Part shown: positions 18,515 to 21,489 of the stretch, one piece after another
How the letters are laid out: every line of letters starts with the position of its first letter
How positions within the stretch are numbered: the first letter of the stretch is position 1
From: Oculatellaceae cyanobacterium bins.114
GTDB taxonomy: Bacteria > Cyanobacteriota > Cyanobacteriia > Elainellales > Elainellaceae
Direction of reading: 5' to 3'
Assembly (NCBI GenBank): GCA_033764315.1
Contig: JANRJA010000192.1
Location: 1 to 21,489, forward strand
DNA length: 21,489 nt
Position numbers and translations under genes: made by a program
The notes under the pieces: model-generated
What the model was told of the DNA's origin: nothing
The model's database searches: none
The model's input: the letters and a program-made list of their open reading frames with translations, nothing else

Positions 18515-18633
18515 GATGAAGACGACCGACAACAAGGTTATTAAACGCATTTATACGGAAAAATGATAAAGTGCTTCTACTGATTTTTGAGTAGATTTTT
18601 ATTGTATTCACAGTGTTTTTACGGATAGGGATA

Positions 18634-19965
18634 TTAATACTGATCCTGATTTAAGAGTGCTTGCCTTTGTAACCGTGATTGTGACAGTGGAATGGTAACT
18701 GTAAATACCGAACCTTTTGAAGATGACTGATACTGAATCGTTCCGTGATGGCGATTCATGATGATTTCATAACAAATTGACAACCCTAAGCCTGTTCCTT
18801 TGCCAACCGGCTTAGTGGTAAAAAACGGATCAAAAACTTTCTCTTTAATGCAATCTGGTATACCGATCCCATTATCCTCAACGTCAATTTTGATCGATTG
18901 CTCACCAACCTGATAAGTTGACAAAACAATCGTCGGGAGTTGAGTTTGAAATGCTTCAGATCTTAATGCCTTCTCATCAATCGCATCGATCGCATTAGCA
19001 ATGAGATTCATAAATACCTGATTTAGAAAACCAGGAAAACACTCTACTAACGACTCTACATAAAAATTCTTGATCAGTTCAATCTTAGGACGTGTTGCTG
19101 AACTGCTTAATCGATGCCCTAATAGCAATAGAGTATTGTTAATTCCCTCATGGATATCCATTTCTCTTAAAAGTGAACTTCCAGTTCTGGAAAAAATTTG
19201 AAGAGATTGAATGATTTCTTGAGTTCGAGAGGTTCCCGTTTGGATCGAATTTAACAGGTTAGGTAAATCAGTTTGAATAAAATCCCAATCGATTTCCGTC
19301 ATTAATTGTTGAATCTCATGTGGCGGATTTGGATAGTGATTGGTATATAAATCAATTACTTTTAATAGACTATCTGTATATAACTGAAGGTGCTCTAGAT
19401 TGCCATGAATAAAATTGATCGGATTGTTGATCTCGTGGGCGATCCCTGCCATCATTTGCCCAAGACCCGCTAACTTTTCGGCTTGAATTAACTGCACCTG
19501 AGCTTGCTGAAGACTACTGAGAGTTTGTTGCAGTTTTTCTTCAGTTTCCTGATGGGTTTTAATTTCTTGTAAAAGTTGTTGATGAGAGTGCTTTAGCTGC
19601 AAGTGAACTGAGATGCGGGCGATCGCCTCTCGAAGCTGCACTGGCTTAGTAATATAATCAACGGCTCCTACCTCAAATCCCCTGACTTTGCTGGTCTCAT
19701 CAGTCAGGGCAGTCATAAAAATAATTGGAATTGAACGGGTTAATGGATCGGCTTTTAGAGCTTGACATGTCTCAAAGCCATCCATACCATTCATACAAAT
19801 ATCGAGCAAGATCAAATCAGGAAGGGTTTGTCGGGCTTTTTTTAGTGCACTTTCTCCACTTTTTGCCACAAAGCTATCAAATCCAGTTTGGTCAAAGGCT
19901 TCAACTAAAACTCGTAAATTGGTGGGCGTGTCATCAACAATCAAAATAGAGGCAGAGGGAACCAT
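18634..19965 (-). CDS. Cytoplasmic hybrid kinase: REC + HisKA + HATPase
   Basis: REC: ILIVDD, DLILLD, DYITKP. H-box [40 protein letters not shown]. Start placed at ATG 19965 ([16 protein letters not shown] upstream) because 20109 overlaps the upstream gene. Confidence 0.92.
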   Translation of the reverse strand: MVPSASILIVDDTPTNLRVLVEAFDQTGFDSFVAKSGESALKKARQTLPDLILLDICMNGMDGFETCQALKADPLTRSIPIIFMTALTDETSKVRGFEVGAVDYITKPVQLREAIARISVHLQLKHSHQQLLQEIKTHQETEEKLQQTLSSLQQAQVQLIQAEKLAGLGQMMAGIAHEINNPINFIHGNLEHLQLYTDSLLKVIDLYTNHYPNPPHEIQQLMTEIDWDFIQTDLPNLLNSIQTGTSRTQEIIQSLQIFSRTGSSLLREMDIHEGINNTLLLLGHRLSSSATRPKIELIKNFYVESLVECFPGFLNQVFMNLIANAIDAIDEKALRSEAFQTQLPTIVLSTYQVGEQSIKIDVEDNGIGIPDCIKEKVFDPFFTTKPVGKGTGLGLSICYEIIMNRHHGTIQYQSSSKGSVFTVTIPLSQSRLQRQALLNQDQY

Positions 19966-20038
19966 GCAATATCTCACTCCTATAAATTCTGATAAGGACT
20001 CAGGACGTGATCCGGGTAGATGCATCTTGAACCCAATA

Positions 20039-21151
20039 TTAGTTACGTAACACGACGTCATCAGATGCATTAAACATAATTTGGAATCGAGTTTTAGGAG
20101 ACACCTCAAACTTAAGCTCTCCTTGGAGTTGTCGGGTCAAGATTTTGACGAGTTTTAACCCCAAAGTTGTTGGATTAGTAATATCAACACTGTGTTCTGG
20201 AAAACCAATTCCATCATCTTCAACAGTGAGGTGACATAAGCCTTCATCAGATCGAGATAAAGAGACTACAATTTCTCCTTTTGATTGACTCTTAAAGGCA
20301 TACTTTAAAGCATTTGTCAAAAGCTCATTAATGATTAAAGAACAAGGGATAGCTTTATCAATTCCTAAGAAAAATTTATCGGCATGAATATAAATTGAGA
20401 CGGTATTAGTTTTGTCATATACCTCTAATAAAGCTTTGCAGAGTTGTGACAGAAAGATATTGAAGTCGATGTGAGCAAAACTTTTTGTGCCATACAGCAA
20501 ATGATGGATCATGGCGATCGTATCAATCCGGGTCTGGCTGTCGTGGAAGGCATTCAGTGCAACCGGATCGGTAATGCACGACGCTTGTAGTTTGAGAATG
20601 CTAGAGACGACTTGTAAGTTGTTTTTAACGCGATGATGAACTTCTTGTAGAAGAATATCTTTTTCAGCCAGGGCTAAGCGAATTGTCTCTAAATAAGAGG
20701 CTTGAATTTCAAGCTGTTCTTGCAATTTTGAGTTGAGTTTTTTGATCTGTAAACTGGCGGTTTGGATGCTCAACTGATGTTGAATTCGAGCTAACACCTC
20801 TTCTTTTTGAAAAGGTTTAGTAATGTAGTCTGCTCCTCCAACTTTAAAGCCAGTAATTTTGTCACTCACTTGATCTAAAGCACTTAAAAAGATAATCGGT
20901 ATTTCTCTAGTTCTGTCATCTTTCTTTAACTGCTCACAGGCTCTAAATCCATCAATACCGGGCATCCGAATATCGAGCAAAATTAGATCTGGTTTAATTA
21001 GAATTGCTTTTTCACAGGCACTGCTGCCATTTTTGGCAACAAATACTCTGAAACCGGATTGCTCAAGCAGATCACTCAATACCTGGAGATTAGCAGGATT
21101 GTCATCAGCAATGAGGATCGATTGAGAAGTCTGGTAACTTGAGCTATCCAT
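20039..21151 (-). CDS. REC + HisKA_2-type histidine kinase
   Basis: REC: ILIADD, DLILLD, DYITKPF. HisKA_2 H-box EVHHRVKNNLQ, NELLTNALKYAF, DDGIG, TLGLKLV. Confidence 0.92.
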   Translation of the reverse strand: MDSSSYQTSQSILIADDNPANLQVLSDLLEQSGFRVFVAKNGSSACEKAILIKPDLILLDIRMPGIDGFRACEQLKKDDRTREIPIIFLSALDQVSDKITGFKVGGADYITKPFQKEEVLARIQHQLSIQTASLQIKKLNSKLQEQLEIQASYLETIRLALAEKDILLQEVHHRVKNNLQVVSSILKLQASCITDPVALNAFHDSQTRIDTIAMIHHLLYGTKSFAHIDFNIFLSQLCKALLEVYDKTNTVSIYIHADKFFLGIDKAIPCSLIINELLTNALKYAFKSQSKGEIVVSLSRSDEGLCHLTVEDDGIGFPEHSVDITNPTTLGLKLVKILTRQLQGELKFEVSPKTRFQIMFNASDDVVLRN

Positions 21152-21429
21152 GAACCACGCATCAATATTAGTTTTAGAGAAAATATGTAAAACCTACTCC
21201 ACCTTAAACCCTGCCTGCAACATTTTTACCATCATGGTATTACCGTTGCTATATCACTTAGAACATTAGCTTTAAAGAGGTTTGAAGTATTTTCCTAATC
21301 AGGAATTTTAACCCCGCAACTCGGCTTGCTCTTGACAGCAGTTTCACGTAGACACACTCTATTGCTCAGTATGCCCACAATACTTGGTGAACTAAAAATA
21401 TTGCTTGAACTCAAGCGTAACCAAGTTCA

Positions 21430-21489
21430 TATAGCAGTCCTAAATCAGTTGTGAAATGGGCGGGTTGTGAGAGGCGCACCCCAGAGGGG
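21430..21489. mobile_element. Possible terminus of an IS630-related MITE/IS (truncated by window edge)
   Basis: TATAGCAGTCCTAAATCAGTTGTGAAA resembles TA-flanked 'TAGCA(A/G)TCCTAAAT' termini I recall from cyanobacterial repeats. GC content rises immediately after. The partner end is not visible. Confidence 0.4.

Larger units (their letters stand above)
1676..19626. repeat. HIP1 octamer GCGATCGC, dispersed (about 24 copies)
   Basis: Seen at about 1676, 4323, 5329, 6405, 7165, 7372, 8683, 9190, 10300, 10921, 11082, 11104, 11290, 11672, 12044, 13511, 14344, 14638, 15785, 15963, 16689, 18289, 18417 and 19619. Fewer than one is expected by chance. Confidence 0.9.

Noticed and set aside
18576-18595. 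TCTACT...AGTAGA hairpin between the REC-kinase and the NRPS as a terminator
   Set aside because: Weak 6-bp AT-rich stem, and the T-run is on the non-coding strand.
1332-19949. Many short (60-123 aa) ORFs in the track overlapping the long genes
   Set aside because: They are antisense or off-frame shadows of well-supported CDSs, with no recognisable motifs.
21227-21239. TACCAT-C-ATGGTA palindrome upstream of the operon (also GTAAATTTAC at 391-400) as NtcA or other operators
   Set aside because: The spacing does not fit GTA-N8-TAC, and short AT-rich palindromes arise by chance. Conservation data would be needed.
1-21489. Composite transposon formed by the two edge elements
   Set aside because: The two termini differ in sequence (GTGCTGCGTCAAAAC versus GCAGTCCTAAATC), and the enclosed genes include ordinary cyanobacterial genes.
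1-21489. CRISPR array, tRNA/rRNA or a known riboswitch
   Set aside because: No regularly spaced repeats, cloverleaf or recognisable riboswitch consensus seen by eye. An Infernal scan would be the definitive test.

Overview
Cyanobacterial DNA: I counted about 24 HIP1 GCGATCGC octamers by eye, plus typical short dispersed hairpin repeats. Left to right: the left end and 5' start of an IS630-like transposase running off the window; an uncalled 43-aa ORF; a GH15/phosphorylase-kinase alpha/beta-like gene; an aspartoacylase; and two signalling clusters on the minus strand separated by a thioredoxin. Cluster 1 is an orphan Tat-lipoprotein solute-binding protein, a Cache-HAMP hybrid kinase and a REC-kinase. 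Cluster 2 is a REC-HisKA_2 kinase, a REC-kinase, a stand-alone C-domain-less NRPS-like enzyme (A[N-MT]-T-R) and a dCache-HAMP hybrid kinase. The standout is cluster 2. The NRPS has an Ala-type specificity code (DLFNNALTYK), an N-methyltransferase and a reductive release domain, so it should make a very small N-methylated amino aldehyde/alcohol. It ends 6 nt before a membrane sensor whose dCache pocket lacks the carboxylate-binding Arg and looks like the amine-binding subtype. This suggests a candidate signal-synthase/receptor (autoinducer-like) circuit. That interpretation is inference; no database searches were run.
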